Source: Candidatus Moraniibacteriota bacterium (GTDB taxonomy: Bacteria; Patescibacteriota; Minisyncoccia; Moranbacterales; UBA1568). Taken from it: a stretch of DNA of 64,000 nucleotides. A program made the position numbers and the translations under genes. Below the pieces are notes generated by a model, which saw only the letters and a program-made list of their open reading frames with translations, did not search any database and had not been told where the DNA came from. The stretch spans positions 1,149,369 to 1,213,368 of the forward strand of contig CP064975.1 of assembly GCA_016699425.1 (NCBI GenBank), in the 5' to 3' direction. The stretch's first letter is position 1. Each line of letters begins with the position of its first letter. Shown one piece after another: positions 28,907-37,208 of this stretch.

Positions 28907-29480
28907 GGACATATGGATGGTATACCGATGAATGGATGCCAGACACAAGAACCTATGCTGATCGTCGAGAGTACTTGAAACGGGCGGTTGCCAAACGGCG
29001 CAAGGCCGTGCGGAGGCGCGCGATCGAGTACAAAGGCGGAAAGTGTTCCCGTTGCGGTTATAAACGGTGTCAAGACGCGCTCGAATTCCATCATGCCCAT
29101 GGCGGCAAGGATTTCGGGATTCCTCAGGATGGACTCACTCGAAGTTGGGACAGAGTCCGAGAGGAAATAGACAAGTGCATCTTGGTATGCGCCAATTGCC
29201 ATAGGGAGGAACACGCAGAATTACGCAGCCTTTCGGAGAAATCCGAGAGTGATAAATGAGGTGAATTGCTGGAAGCCTACGGTCGATCAGCTCGGCTATG
29301 GTAATCAGCAGCCAAGCCCCAGTTTGTATTGGGGAAGGTTCAGAGACTATCTCGCAAGAGAGTACTTCGATATCATACGATATCGCGGGAAGCGCCTCAC
29401 TCCTAAGTCCGCTCTGTGAAGACAGATGACGGAGACGGAGATGATATAGTCCATTCTTTTCGGAAACGAAGAGGGAAATG
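28907..29480 (+). mobile_element. Group I self-splicing intron carrying an HNH endonuclease ORF
   Basis: Conserved core elements are readable: P AATTGCTGGAAG (29265-76), Q AATCAGCAGCC (29303-13), R GTTCAGAGACTA (29338-49), S ATGATATAGTCC (29441-52). U precedes the 5' splice site and G ends the intron. Confidence 0.75.
28936..29259 (+). CDS. HNH homing-type endonuclease encoded within the group I intron
   Basis: CSRCGY...LEFHHAHGGKDF...CILVCANCHREEH is an HNH / zinc-finger motif. Lies in a peripheral loop 5' of the P3-P9 core. Confidence 0.8.
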   Translation: MPDTRTYADRREYLKRAVAKRRKAVRRRAIEYKGGKCSRCGYKRCQDALEFHHAHGGKDFGIPQDGLTRSWDRVREEIDKCILVCANCHREEHAELRSLSEKSESDK

Positions 29481-29514
29481 TAATCACTTGGTCGTAGGTT
29501 CGAACCCTACCGCC

Positions 29515-29600
29515 GGAGCAGTTAAATTCAAGGCTTACTCAAGCCTTGTTTTTTGTTACCCTTCATGAAGGTTAGAACCTGGTATAATCAGGGTATGAAT
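29515..29600 (+). repeat. Intergenic cassette A: tRNA 3' end + terminator + GTTACCCT + extended -10 (TGgTATAAT at 29580-88)
   Basis: Homologous to cassettes at 30262..30345 and 34012..34090. The -10 lies 6 nt before the ATG at 29595. Confidence 0.6.
29530..29554 (+). terminator. Rho-independent terminator after the tRNA (part of repeated cassette A)
   Basis: AAGGCTT-ACTC-AAGCCTT followed by GTTTTTT. Confidence 0.65.
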
Positions 29601-29825
29601 AAATCTTGGCACGAAAAACATAAGTTATTGATGCCCTCTATTCTTCAAGAGAGGGTGAAGTGGCACGAGCAACATTCTAAACATTGTGGCTGCCGAAAAG
29701 ATCTGCCGAAAACAATTGTTGCTGCTCTCAAAGAACAAGGCAAAAAAGTCTGTAGTCGCGGACACATTTACAGCGGCAGCAGTTCCTGTCCTATTTGTTG
29801 GCCCGGACAACAAAAACAACACTAG
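29595..29825 (+). CDS. Small Cys/His-rich zinc-ribbon-like protein
   Basis: MNKSWHEKHK...CGC...C...H...CPICW. AT-rich island gene. Confidence 0.35.
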   Translation: MNKSWHEKHKLLMPSILQERVKWHEQHSKHCGCRKDLPKTIVAALKEQGKKVCSRGHIYSGSSSCPICWPGQQKQH

Positions 29826-29828
29826 CGT

Positions 29829-30211
29829 ATGAACACGACTCTCTATAAAGACGCACTTGGTTGGGGAATTATGCTTTGGCTTGTTGGCTATGTTCTTGGG
29901 ATCGTCCTTTTACACTTGTGGCACCCTCTATCCTTGGATGGATTATTATGCCCATCGGAACAATCATTACGCTTTGGGTACTCCTCAAGAAAATAAGGAG
30001 TGAATCTTTTCAGGACTATGTTTTTATCGCAATTGCCTGGACTCTTATCGCCGTGGTTTTTGACTATGTATTTCTCGTGATGATATTCAAACCAGTAGAT
30101 GGATATTATAAGTTGGATGTGTACGTATACTATGCTCTCACCCTGATTCTCCCACTGGCTACTGGTTGGAGCAAAAGAATTTCTCAAAAAATAGATAGTT
30201 CAGGTATATAA
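29829..30211 (+). CDS. Small integral membrane protein, apparently frameshifted at about 29905-29925 (ATG-frame 29829, continuing in the 29861 frame)
   Basis: Two overlapping hydrophobic reading frames join into a plausible multi-TM protein. A single downstream ATG alternative is at 29948. Confidence 0.3.
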
Positions 30212-30261
30212 ATATTCTCGTACTGGCGTAAAATTACGGTTCTAACACCATTCACGATGCG

Positions 30262-30345
30262 GAGCAATGAAATGTGAGGCTTACTGAAGCCTCTTTTTTG
30301 TGCCACAAGGAGTAGGTTAGAACCTGGTATACTTTCGATATGAAA
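30262..30345 (+). repeat. Intergenic cassette B: terminator + extended -10 (TGgTATACT at 30326-34), 6 nt before the ATG at 30341
   Basis: Near-identical hairpin and GGTTAGAACCTGGTATA motif to cassette A. Confidence 0.6.
30276..30299 (+). terminator. Rho-independent terminator (cassette B)
   Basis: GAGGCTT-ACTG-AAGCCTC followed by TTTTTTG. Confidence 0.6.
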
Positions 30346-30737
30346 CTAAAGTCATTTTTTCAAGTATAGCCACCTTTTTTATAGGAGGAGTTATTTTTCT
30401 TTGGAAAGAAAAACAATTGACTCTGGATCATCCTCAAGCAAGCGATAGTCGAGCAGAGACTTGTTTGGTGGAAACGATTAGAGAAAGGCCTGATATTGGA
30501 TACGATGCCTGGAAGGAAAGTCATCCAGAGAGAATGCAATTGGCTGGTTATTATTCAAGAGATTCAGAGGGAGTTTATTGGTATCATACGAAGATTATTG
30601 GTGCAGATCCAGGGACCTTTGACGTTTACAGTGATCGCTATGCTCACGATATGTCAAACGTCTACTACGCGGGGAATAGTGATTTATATACCATTATTGG
30701 AGCGGATACTGAGAGTTTCCAAGCAAAATGCTTTTAA
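30341..30737 (+). CDS. Secreted DKNYY-repeat-like protein; frameshift in a T-run near 30356-30361
   Basis: DKNYY-like repeats (GVYWYHTKIIGADPGTFDV..., NVYYAGNSDLYTIIGADTESF). The signal peptide MKLKSFF/SSIATFFIGGVIFLW is only recovered by a 1-nt shift in the homopolymer. Confidence 0.4.
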
Positions 30738-30777
30738 AAGTCTCAATTACCACCCACAAATTGATAAGTAATTCAAT

Positions 30778-31335
30778 ATGAACCAAGAAATCACATTTAT
30801 TACAGGTAACGAAAAGAAGGCAGAATATCTTGCCAAGTATCTTGGCTTTCCGGTAAAGCGCGCGAAGCTTCATCTTGAAGAAATTCAATCTTTAGACTTG
30901 AGAGAGATTGTAGAACATAAAGTTCGGCAGGCATTCGAAAAAGTCAAAAGTCCAGTGATAGTGGAGGACGTTTCGCTCGAATTTGAAGCTCTGGGAAAGT
31001 TACCTGGCCCATTTATACGCTTTTTCGTTGAAGAAGTTCCTTTTGAAACGATTTGCTCGATGATTGATGGTAAGTCTCGAAAAGCTACCGCCCGCTGTGT
31101 TTTTGGATATTACAATGGCAAAACTCTCAAGCTCCTGGAAGGAAAACTAGACGGTGAAATAGCTAAGGCTCCTGCAGGTGAAAATGGCTATGGCTGGGAC
31201 AAGATTTTCATTCCAGAAGGGTACTCTGTTACCAGAGCAGAGCTGGATGAAGCAGATGATGAAAAAACATACTTACAGATAAAGCCATTTGCTGAGTTGA
31301 AGAAGTTTCTTCAGGAGGTCAGTAATTCGAAGTGA
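30778..31335 (+). CDS. rdgB: Non-canonical purine NTP pyrophosphatase (Ham1/RdgB/ITPase family)
   Basis: FITGNEKKAEYL...IVEDVSLEFEALGKLPGPFIRF...GYGWDKIFIPEGY matches the Ham1 fold pattern. Confidence 0.75.
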   Translation: MNQEITFITGNEKKAEYLAKYLGFPVKRAKLHLEEIQSLDLREIVEHKVRQAFEKVKSPVIVEDVSLEFEALGKLPGPFIRFFVEEVPFETICSMIDGKSRKATARCVFGYYNGKTLKLLEGKLDGEIAKAPAGENGYGWDKIFIPEGYSVTRAELDEADDEKTYLQIKPFAELKKFLQEVSNSK

Positions 31336-31347
31336 AATAGTTAACAT

Positions 31348-32343
31348 ATGCCTAAATCTATTGAAATATCCCATCTTTCGAAAAAATTTACTTTTCCTGT
31401 CAAAAGCAGTGCTTCAGGTTGGGTAAAGAACTTATTTAATCCAGAGGTAAAGGAAATTGCTGCAGTAAATGACGTTTCCTTTTCGGTAGCCGAAGGTGAG
31501 AGAATTGCCTTTATTGGCCCAAATGGCGCAGGGAAATCTACCACGATCAAGATGCTCACGGGGATACTATTTCCCACGTCGGGCAGTATAAGTGTGCTCG
31601 GACTTGATCCGACCAAAGACAGGAAGAAACTCGCCTACCAAATCGGAACCGTTTTTGGCCAGCGTTCACAGTTACTCCCTAATCTTCCTGTAACAGATTC
31701 TCTAGAGTTTTTTGGCGTTATGTATGATATGTCGGATGGGGAGATCAAGGAGCGGATTGCTCAATTAACAGAGCTTTTCGAGCTTAATGATTTTATTGAT
31801 CAGCCAGTTCGTAAACTTTCCCTTGGACAGAGAATGAGAGCTGAAGTTGCTACCTCTCTTATCCATAAGCCAAAAGTTATTTTCTTAGATGAACCCACTA
31901 TTGGTCTTGATGTAGTAGCTAAAAAGTCTCTGAGGGACTTATTGTTGCGAATCAACGAAGAGGAAGGAACTACAATATTCTTAACTTCTCACGATGTGGG
32001 AGACATACAGTCTCTATGCAATAGAACAATCATTATAAATCACGGGAGCGTCATCAAAGATTTGCCTACAGAAGACTTATCAAAAACTTTTGTTTATGAA
32101 AAATATATTGACCTTATTCCTACCGAAAAGTTTCAAGACTTTCCTGAACTTATTGCTGGGATTCAATACTCAAAAAAGAGTCCTAACCTTATAACTGTGG
32201 TGGTGGACATCAATAAAATAAGTGTCAAAGAGTCTCTTAAGAAACTTCTAGATATGTTTGATTTGGAAGATGTTGACGTTTACAACGCTGACCTTGAAAC
32301 GGTTATTAGGCACATTTATGAGAAGGATGCGACTAGCCTCTAA
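31348..32343 (+). CDS. ABC transporter ATP-binding protein
   Basis: Walker [11 protein letters not shown], signature LSLGQRMR, Walker [12 protein letters not shown], plus a C-terminal accessory domain. Confidence 0.85.
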   Translation: MPKSIEISHLSKKFTFPVKSSASGWVKNLFNPEVKEIAAVNDVSFSVAEGERIAFIGPNGAGKSTTIKMLTGILFPTSGSISVLGLDPTKDRKKLAYQIGTVFGQRSQLLPNLPVTDSLEFFGVMYDMSDGEIKERIAQLTELFELNDFIDQPVRKLSLGQRMRAEVATSLIHKPKVIFLDEPTIGLDVVAKKSLRDLLLRINEEEGTTIFLTSHDVGDIQSLCNRTIIINHGSVIKDLPTEDLSKTFVYEKYIDLIPTEKFQDFPELIAGIQYSKKSPNLITVVVDINKISVKESLKKLLDMFDLEDVDVYNADLETVIRHIYEKDATSL

Positions 32344-33118
32344 AATTCTCAGAACATTGATAAAAGATCAGATGTATCATCCTGATCGTCTTATTGCTGA
32401 TACTTTTGCCATAGTGGCTCGATGCGGAGTTCTTCTGGCTCTCTATTGGTATGTTTTTCAACTAAAGGGAGGTGAAGTAAATGGAGTAAGTTTTACTGTA
32501 GTGGCCTGGAGTATGTTTTTTTACTTTGCCTTTTCGGTTTTACGATTAAGGGATATTTCAAGGTTAATAATGGGAGATGTCCAATCTGGGAACGTGGAAG
32601 TTTTATTTAATAAGCCGATCTCATACTTAGCCTATAGAATGTGGTGGCAACTTGGAGCTGGTCTCTACCCTTTCCTCATTACCACTCTTCTCGGCGGGGC
32701 AGTGCTGGCTCTTGTTACAGGTACTCCTGACACTATGAGACTCTACATCTTTTTGCCCTCGCTCTTTCTAGCTTTCATTGGCGCGGCACTTCTTTCTCTC
32801 GTTCTCTACTCCATCATAGGACTACTCGCTTTTTGGATTGAAGAAATAAATCCTATTTTCTGGATAGTAGACAAGGCCGTAATGATATTAGGTGGATCAT
32901 ATCTGCCTGTGGCGTTATTCCCAGTTTTTATGTATAAATTAGCAATTTTTAGCCCTTTCGGAGCTTCACAATTCATTACCCACTCAGTTTATGACTCCTG
33001 GCAATCAAATTGGTATACGTTACTCGGAATCCAATTATTTTGGATAATCGTTCTTTCTCTAGTTGCTTACATAATGTTTGCTAAGGCGAGACAGAAGGTT
33101 TCAATAAATGGAGGTTAA
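32318..33118 (+). CDS. ABC-2 type permease subunit
   Basis: Six predicted TM helices, positioned after the ATPase. ATG 32318 is in frame within ORF 32258. Confidence 0.55.
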   Translation: MRRMRLASKILRTLIKDQMYHPDRLIADTFAIVARCGVLLALYWYVFQLKGGEVNGVSFTVVAWSMFFYFAFSVLRLRDISRLIMGDVQSGNVEVLFNKPISYLAYRMWWQLGAGLYPFLITTLLGGAVLALVTGTPDTMRLYIFLPSLFLAFIGAALLSLVLYSIIGLLAFWIEEINPIFWIVDKAVMILGGSYLPVALFPVFMYKLAIFSPFGASQFITHSVYDSWQSNWYTLLGIQLFWIIVLSLVAYIMFAKARQKVSINGG

Positions 33119-33917
33119 GCCTATGTGGAAGGAACTAAAATTTGCTTTCTATACAATCAAAAAGAACATCCAAAGTAGTGCTGAGCTTCGCACGAGCTTT
33201 CTGATGAATATTATTGGGATGGCCATTAACAATACCTCCTTTATCATTTTATGGATTTTCTTTGTTCAGTCAGTAGGAGTGATCGGGGGATGGACTGCCG
33301 CTGATATAGTGGGACTCCAAGGCTTCCTCGCTATCTCTTATGGCATAGTTTTTTCCGTAGGAGTAGGCATAAGAAAACTTCCAGAATATGTAACTTCAGG
33401 AGCTTTTGATAGATTTATGCTTTCTCCTAAAAGCTTACTTACTCGAGTAGCTACGGCTTCATTTAGCCCATCTGGAATTGGGGACATTGTTTTTGGGGCT
33501 ACTTGCCTGATAATCTATGGAATTTTAATTCACGCTACTGCTTTTCAGGTAGCCTTGATGCTCATCTTTGTTTTTCTCTCTGTGATCGTCTTTGGTGCTA
33601 CCGCTATAGCGATCTACTCCCTTAGTTTTTTCTTTATGGATTCGACTGCCACAACAAACGGGATTTTCGAGTTATTTATGACACCTACTCTTTTTCACGG
33701 GGGAGCATTCCAAGGAGGAATGAGGTTTATATTCACTTTTATTATCCCCTCGCTTCTTATTGGAGCTCTGCCAGTAGAGGCAGTGAGAGATATTTCACTC
33801 CTCAAGCTCTTACTTGTGAGCGTATTAGCCATTCTTTGGCTGATTTTGGCTATTAAGATTTTTCACAAAGCTATCCGAAGATACGAAAGTTCGAATTTAA
33901 TGACCTTTGGAAGCTAG
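33108..33917 (+). CDS. ABC-2 type permease subunit (second)
   Basis: Polytopic membrane protein. Start overlaps the upstream stop. Confidence 0.55.
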   Translation: MEVKPMWKELKFAFYTIKKNIQSSAELRTSFLMNIIGMAINNTSFIILWIFFVQSVGVIGGWTAADIVGLQGFLAISYGIVFSVGVGIRKLPEYVTSGAFDRFMLSPKSLLTRVATASFSPSGIGDIVFGATCLIIYGILIHATAFQVALMLIFVFLSVIVFGATAIAIYSLSFFFMDSTATTNGIFELFMTPTLFHGGAFQGGMRFIFTFIIPSLLIGALPVEAVRDISLLKLLLVSVLAILWLILAIKIFHKAIRRYESSNLMTFGS

Positions 33918-34011
33918 CTGTTATAAGCCAATAGTGGGAACGCTTCTAGCTCGAACTTCAAATCTTGAGCGATCTGTTTCCAGTTCAGAGTTCTAAAGCT
34001 GTCCGCTAGGG

Positions 34012-34090
34012 GGAGCAGTTAAAAACAGGGCTAAGATGAGTCTTGTTTTTTGTTACCCTAAGCAGGGCTTGAACTGATATACTGGATGCA
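34012..34090 (+). repeat. Intergenic cassette C: GGAGCAGTTAAA (direct repeat of the tRNA 3' end) + GTCTTGTTTTTTGTTACCCT + TATACT (34078-83)
   Basis: About 50-nt imperfect direct repeat of 29515..29565 at the far side of the AT-rich island. Confidence 0.5.
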
Positions 34091-34105
34091 GTTAAAGAAT
34101 CTTCT

Positions 34106-34738
34106 GTGGAACTATTTCTCACCTCAAGTGTTCATGCTGTGGCACATGACATTGCAAAAAAAGTAAATCTCTCCAAAGCCAACAAGTTGGTGTTTATTGA
34201 TACTGCATCCGAACCAAAGGGAGAGCGAGAAGACTTGGAGTGGCAAAAAATTGATAGACAAGCACTGGCAGATGCTGGGTTTGTAGTCAGTGACTATACC
34301 ATCACTGGAAAATCAAGAAGCCAAATAGAAACAGATTTGGACTTGTTTGACTGCATATATCTTTCTGGCGGAAATACGTCCTATCTTCTACAACAATCCC
34401 AGATAACAGGGTTTGATACTTTAATTAAAGAGCTCGTTCAAAAGAAGGGGAAAATATATATTGGCACGAGCGCAGGCTCAATCATCACGGGGCCAAAACT
34501 CCTCGACTACTTCAAGACTGAAGAGGTGAAACTGGAGAGCAAAAATTGCTATGGCCTTGTGAACTTTACCATCGTGCCACATTGGGGTTCTGAGGATTTT
34601 AAAGAGAAATACTTGGGTGAAAGAATGGAAATAGTTTATAAGGAAGACCAGGTGCCACCACTCTTACTCACAGATAATCAATATGCCCATGTGCAGGGTG
34701 GTCAGATGGAAATTGTTGATGTCAAATCAGGTACATAA
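34106..34738 (+). CDS. Peptidase S51 (dipeptidase E / cyanophycinase-like)
   Basis: YLSGGNTSYLL...IYIGTSAGSII motif. GTG start. AT-rich. Confidence 0.65.
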   Translation: MELFLTSSVHAVAHDIAKKVNLSKANKLVFIDTASEPKGEREDLEWQKIDRQALADAGFVVSDYTITGKSRSQIETDLDLFDCIYLSGGNTSYLLQQSQITGFDTLIKELVQKKGKIYIGTSAGSIITGPKLLDYFKTEEVKLESKNCYGLVNFTIVPHWGSEDFKEKYLGERMEIVYKEDQVPPLLLTDNQYAHVQGGQMEIVDVKSGT

Positions 34739-35046
34739 ACTAACCCTTGTCTTCCAAGGGCGATTCTAACGTCCTGAATCGGAACGGGGAGAAATCCCCA
34801 TTCGAGCGGTGAAGCCTATCTCTATAGGCCGATCCGCTTTTTGTTTGTAAGTGAAAACCCATCAGCTTTCACAAGCGGGTAGGTCTTGGTTTCGTTTTCA
34901 TTTATCTGGTTGGATCTGGAGGAGTGGTATCGGTCTGGTCTGGTCTGGTCTGGACGCACTGGGGAATATGCGGTAGGATACTGGGTCCATTTCGGGACTC
35001 TGTCGGGAAACCTCGGTAGCTTAAAATCTCATGGAAGGAGAGCTGA

Positions 35047-35475
35047 ATGTTGGCAAGATTATATCCGGATCTTTCAGCACTGGATCCGCAGATTGTGCCT
35101 CTGGTTCGAGTGATTACAGCGATTGGTTTGCCACCAGTGTACGCTTGTGCCGGACACGCGGAGGAACGTCGGGGTATCATGCAGTATGCCTACCCGGTGG
35201 TCTTTCTGTCACTGGAAACGAATGATGAGAGACAAGAGAAGTGTTTCCAACGGCTCGTCGAGATGCTTGGGATTTTCAATAACAGCTGCCACAGCCAGTA
35301 TGATGTGGCTTGGGTGTTGGATCGGGTGGAGAGCCAGCAGTTTGGCCATGTCCGGTCTCTCAGGCCAGCGAGTACCGGTCGTCAACTCAGGGAACTCCAC
35401 CGCGGCATCGAACTCCTGGTGTACAACCTCGGGTTGATGAATGAGTGGTATACCCAGACTGGAGATGGAAGTTGA
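35047..35475 (+). CDS. Hypothetical protein
   Basis: ATG with the upstream GGAAGGAG RBS. No recognisable domain. Confidence 0.4.
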   Translation: MLARLYPDLSALDPQIVPLVRVITAIGLPPVYACAGHAEERRGIMQYAYPVVFLSLETNDERQEKCFQRLVEMLGIFNNSCHSQYDVAWVLDRVESQQFGHVRSLRPASTGRQLRELHRGIELLVYNLGLMNEWYTQTGDGS

Positions 35476-35530
35476 TCCGTCTTAGCAGAAAATCTGCTCC
35501 GGCGGATTTTTTGTTTGCCGATGGAGTACA

Positions 35531-35564
35531 AAAAAAGCGGGTGACTCGAAGTCCTCTCCCGCCC
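35531..35564 (-). terminator. Terminator for the minus-strand gene 35584..35961
   Basis: On the minus strand: GCGGG-loop-CCCGC followed by TTTTTTT. Confidence 0.45.
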
Positions 35565-35583
35565 TCTTGTTCATCGAATCTGA

Positions 35584-35961
35584 CTACTTCTTCCCCGTGG
35601 TGCGCGTTGCCTTTTTGAGCGCATCCTCCTTGGCAGTCTTGGCGAGCTTGCTCATCGACTTCCAGTGTTTCTTCAAATCCTTGGCAATTTCTTCAATTTC
35701 CGCCTTACCGGCGCGCTTGCCCTTCGTGTATTCCTTGGCGACGGCATCGATGATTTCGTGATAGACGGGTTCTGTGATCTCGCGGGCGTGCTCGAGTTGT
35801 TCGACGACTTCACCCTTCATCTTGATGACCCAGGCGCGGGCATGCTTCTGATGGACTTTGCCTTTCGGTCCGAAGAAGAAGTAGGCGGTGGCGGCGATGC
35901 CAGCGAGGCTAGCGCCGATGACAGTGTACAGAGCGGCATTCGAAGATGGTTTCTTGGGCAT
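35584..35961 (-). CDS. YtxH-like membrane-anchored stress protein
   Basis: N-terminal TM followed by a charged helical region rich in K/E/A. Confidence 0.45.
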   Translation of the reverse strand: MPKKPSSNAALYTVIGASLAGIAATAYFFFGPKGKVHQKHARAWVIKMKGEVVEQLEHAREITEPVYHEIIDAVAKEYTKGKRAGKAEIEEIAKDLKKHWKSMSKLAKTAKEDALKKATRTTGKK

Positions 35962-36288
35962 ATGATTGATAATGAGTAATTGTCTGCAGTGATGAGGGCG
36001 ATTCTAATGACGAGAGCAGGAAACGATGGATCTCATTCGCGTTTTTTCTGTGCCATACAGAGAGGTATACGACTTATGGCTCTAGAATAGTCCTATTTCT
36101 CCCATTAAGCAAAGTGGCAGGTGCCGAAAGCGGGTCGAAGGGATAGAGAGTACTTGAACGATACTCAGGATGAAAAAGCTCGACATTGCCACGCTCGAGG
36201 CAGCAGCCCAGGGGAGCGGTTAGTAACGCTGGTCTTGGATGAAACTACCGAGGGAAAGGGACTCACCGAAGCCTCTTTTTTTGATTCC

Positions 36289-36317
36289 TTGACATACCCC
36301 CAGGGGGGTATTACGAT
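36289..36317 (+). promoter_or_regulatory. Promoter of the cop operon with a CsoR operator palindrome in the spacer
   Basis: TTGACA (36289-94), then the 17-nt spacer ATACCCCCAGGGGGGTAT (36294-36311, a GC-tract inverted repeat typical of CsoR operators), then TACGAT (36312-17). Confidence 0.65.
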
Positions 36318-36346
36318 AGAGAGGTAAATATTCTGTTGATAGTGCT

Positions 36347-36610
36347 ATGACGCCAGAGAAAGAGAAGCTCGTCCGTCGGCTGAAGATCATCGAGGGCCAG
36401 GTGCGTGGCCTGCAGGAGATGCTCGTGAAGGATGCGTACTGCATCGATGTCATCACGCAGACTTCGGCCGTGAAGCAGGGTCTGACCGTCGTAGAGGACG
36501 CGCTCATGGAAAGCCATCTCGGCACCTGCGTCATCGCCCAGATCAAGGGTGGAAAGGAAGCAAAAGCGAGGGAGGAAATTCTCAAGGTCTATCGGCTGAA
36601 GAGAAAATAA
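36347..36610 (+). CDS. csoR: Copper-sensing transcriptional repressor (CsoR/RcnR family)
   Basis: RLKIIEGQVRGLQEML...C..D...Q..A...AL...HL..C fits the CsoR metal-ligand pattern. Confidence 0.8.
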   Translation: MTPEKEKLVRRLKIIEGQVRGLQEMLVKDAYCIDVITQTSAVKQGLTVVEDALMESHLGTCVIAQIKGGKEAKAREEILKVYRLKRK

Positions 36611-36636
36611 TTGAAATAATCTTTGAAAATATTCAT

Positions 36637-37200
36637 ATGCCATCCTCTCTCTCGCTTCCGTTCGCCATCGTACTCATGATTATTACAGGAATTCTTGGGA
36701 TGGGAATTGGATATTCTCTGACCCCTGAGTATCGCCTTTCGATGTATGAAAAGAATACAATGAATCTCGGTCGAGCTGACCGGACACTCGATCTTCGCTA
36801 TGTGAATGCGATGATCGCTCATCATCGGGGAGCGATGCTGGTCGCGGAGCAGGCTAAGAAAAGCGAGCGGGCCGAGGTGAAGAATCTTGCTGAGGTGATA
36901 CTCAAAGACGAACCGAAAGCCATCGCAGAATTGTACGCCTGGAAAAAGGATTGGTATCAAGATGAACGAAAAGTTGTGGATCCGATTGTTCCAATTCTTG
37001 GAACGTACGATAAGTCTTTCGATTTGCGATTTCTCAATGCAGTCATAGTGCATCATGAGAACGGCATTGTGATGACCCAAGATGTTCGATTGAAATCGAA
37101 CCGATCTGAGGTACTTGATAATGCTGATGCCGTGGAGGCTTTCCTGAAAGGTGGGATTGCGATGCTCAAGGAGTGGCGAAGCGCGTGGTATAGTCTGTAA
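36637..37200 (+). CDS. DUF305-family metal-binding membrane protein
   Basis: Repeated [14 protein letters not shown] / [13 protein letters not shown] motifs. Confidence 0.65.
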   Translation: MPSSLSLPFAIVLMIITGILGMGIGYSLTPEYRLSMYEKNTMNLGRADRTLDLRYVNAMIAHHRGAMLVAEQAKKSERAEVKNLAEVILKDEPKAIAELYAWKKDWYQDERKVVDPIVPILGTYDKSFDLRFLNAVIVHHENGIVMTQDVRLKSNRSEVLDNADAVEAFLKGGIAMLKEWRSAWYSL

Positions 37201-37208
37201 TTACCGGT

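Larger units (their letters stand above)
28873..29518 (+). tRNA. tRNA-Asn (anticodon GUU) interrupted by an intron in the anticodon loop between positions 35 and 36
   Basis: 5' exon 28873-28906 (TCCGGCG-TA-GCTC-AGTGGTA-GAGC-A-GGTGA-CTGT) and 3' exon 29481-29518 (TAA-TCACT-TGGTC-GTAGG-TTCGAAC-CCTAC-CGCCGGA-G) reconstitute a cloverleaf with anticodon loop CUGUUAA. Confidence 0.75.

Noticed and set aside
28873-28950. Reading of the tRNA 5' half as tRNA-His (anticodon GTG read straight through CTGTGGA)
   Set aside because: No complementary 3' anticodon-stem strand follows. The distal 3' half (29481-29518) pairs perfectly and, with the group I splice-site rules (U before, G at intron end), gives anticodon loop CUGUUAA = Asn.
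33983-33995. GTTCAGAG 8-mer shared with the group I R element, just upstream of cassette C
   Set aside because: Only 8 nt match, with no accompanying P/Q/S elements. It is probably coincidental rather than a second intron remnant.
29519-34800. Integrase, transposase or recombinase that would explain the tRNA-adjacent island
   Set aside because: None of the ORFs in or around the island shows integrase (R...HxxR...Y), DDE or serine-recombinase motifs. The island is therefore called a remnant or of uncertain mobility.
34934-34955. (GGTCT)x4 microsatellite
   Set aside because: Short, intergenic, no associated ORF. It is noted only as a possible slippage site and is not interpreted further.
36121-36327. 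68-aa ORF upstream of csoR
   Set aside because: No domain. It overlaps the csoR promoter and operator region and is more likely non-coding.
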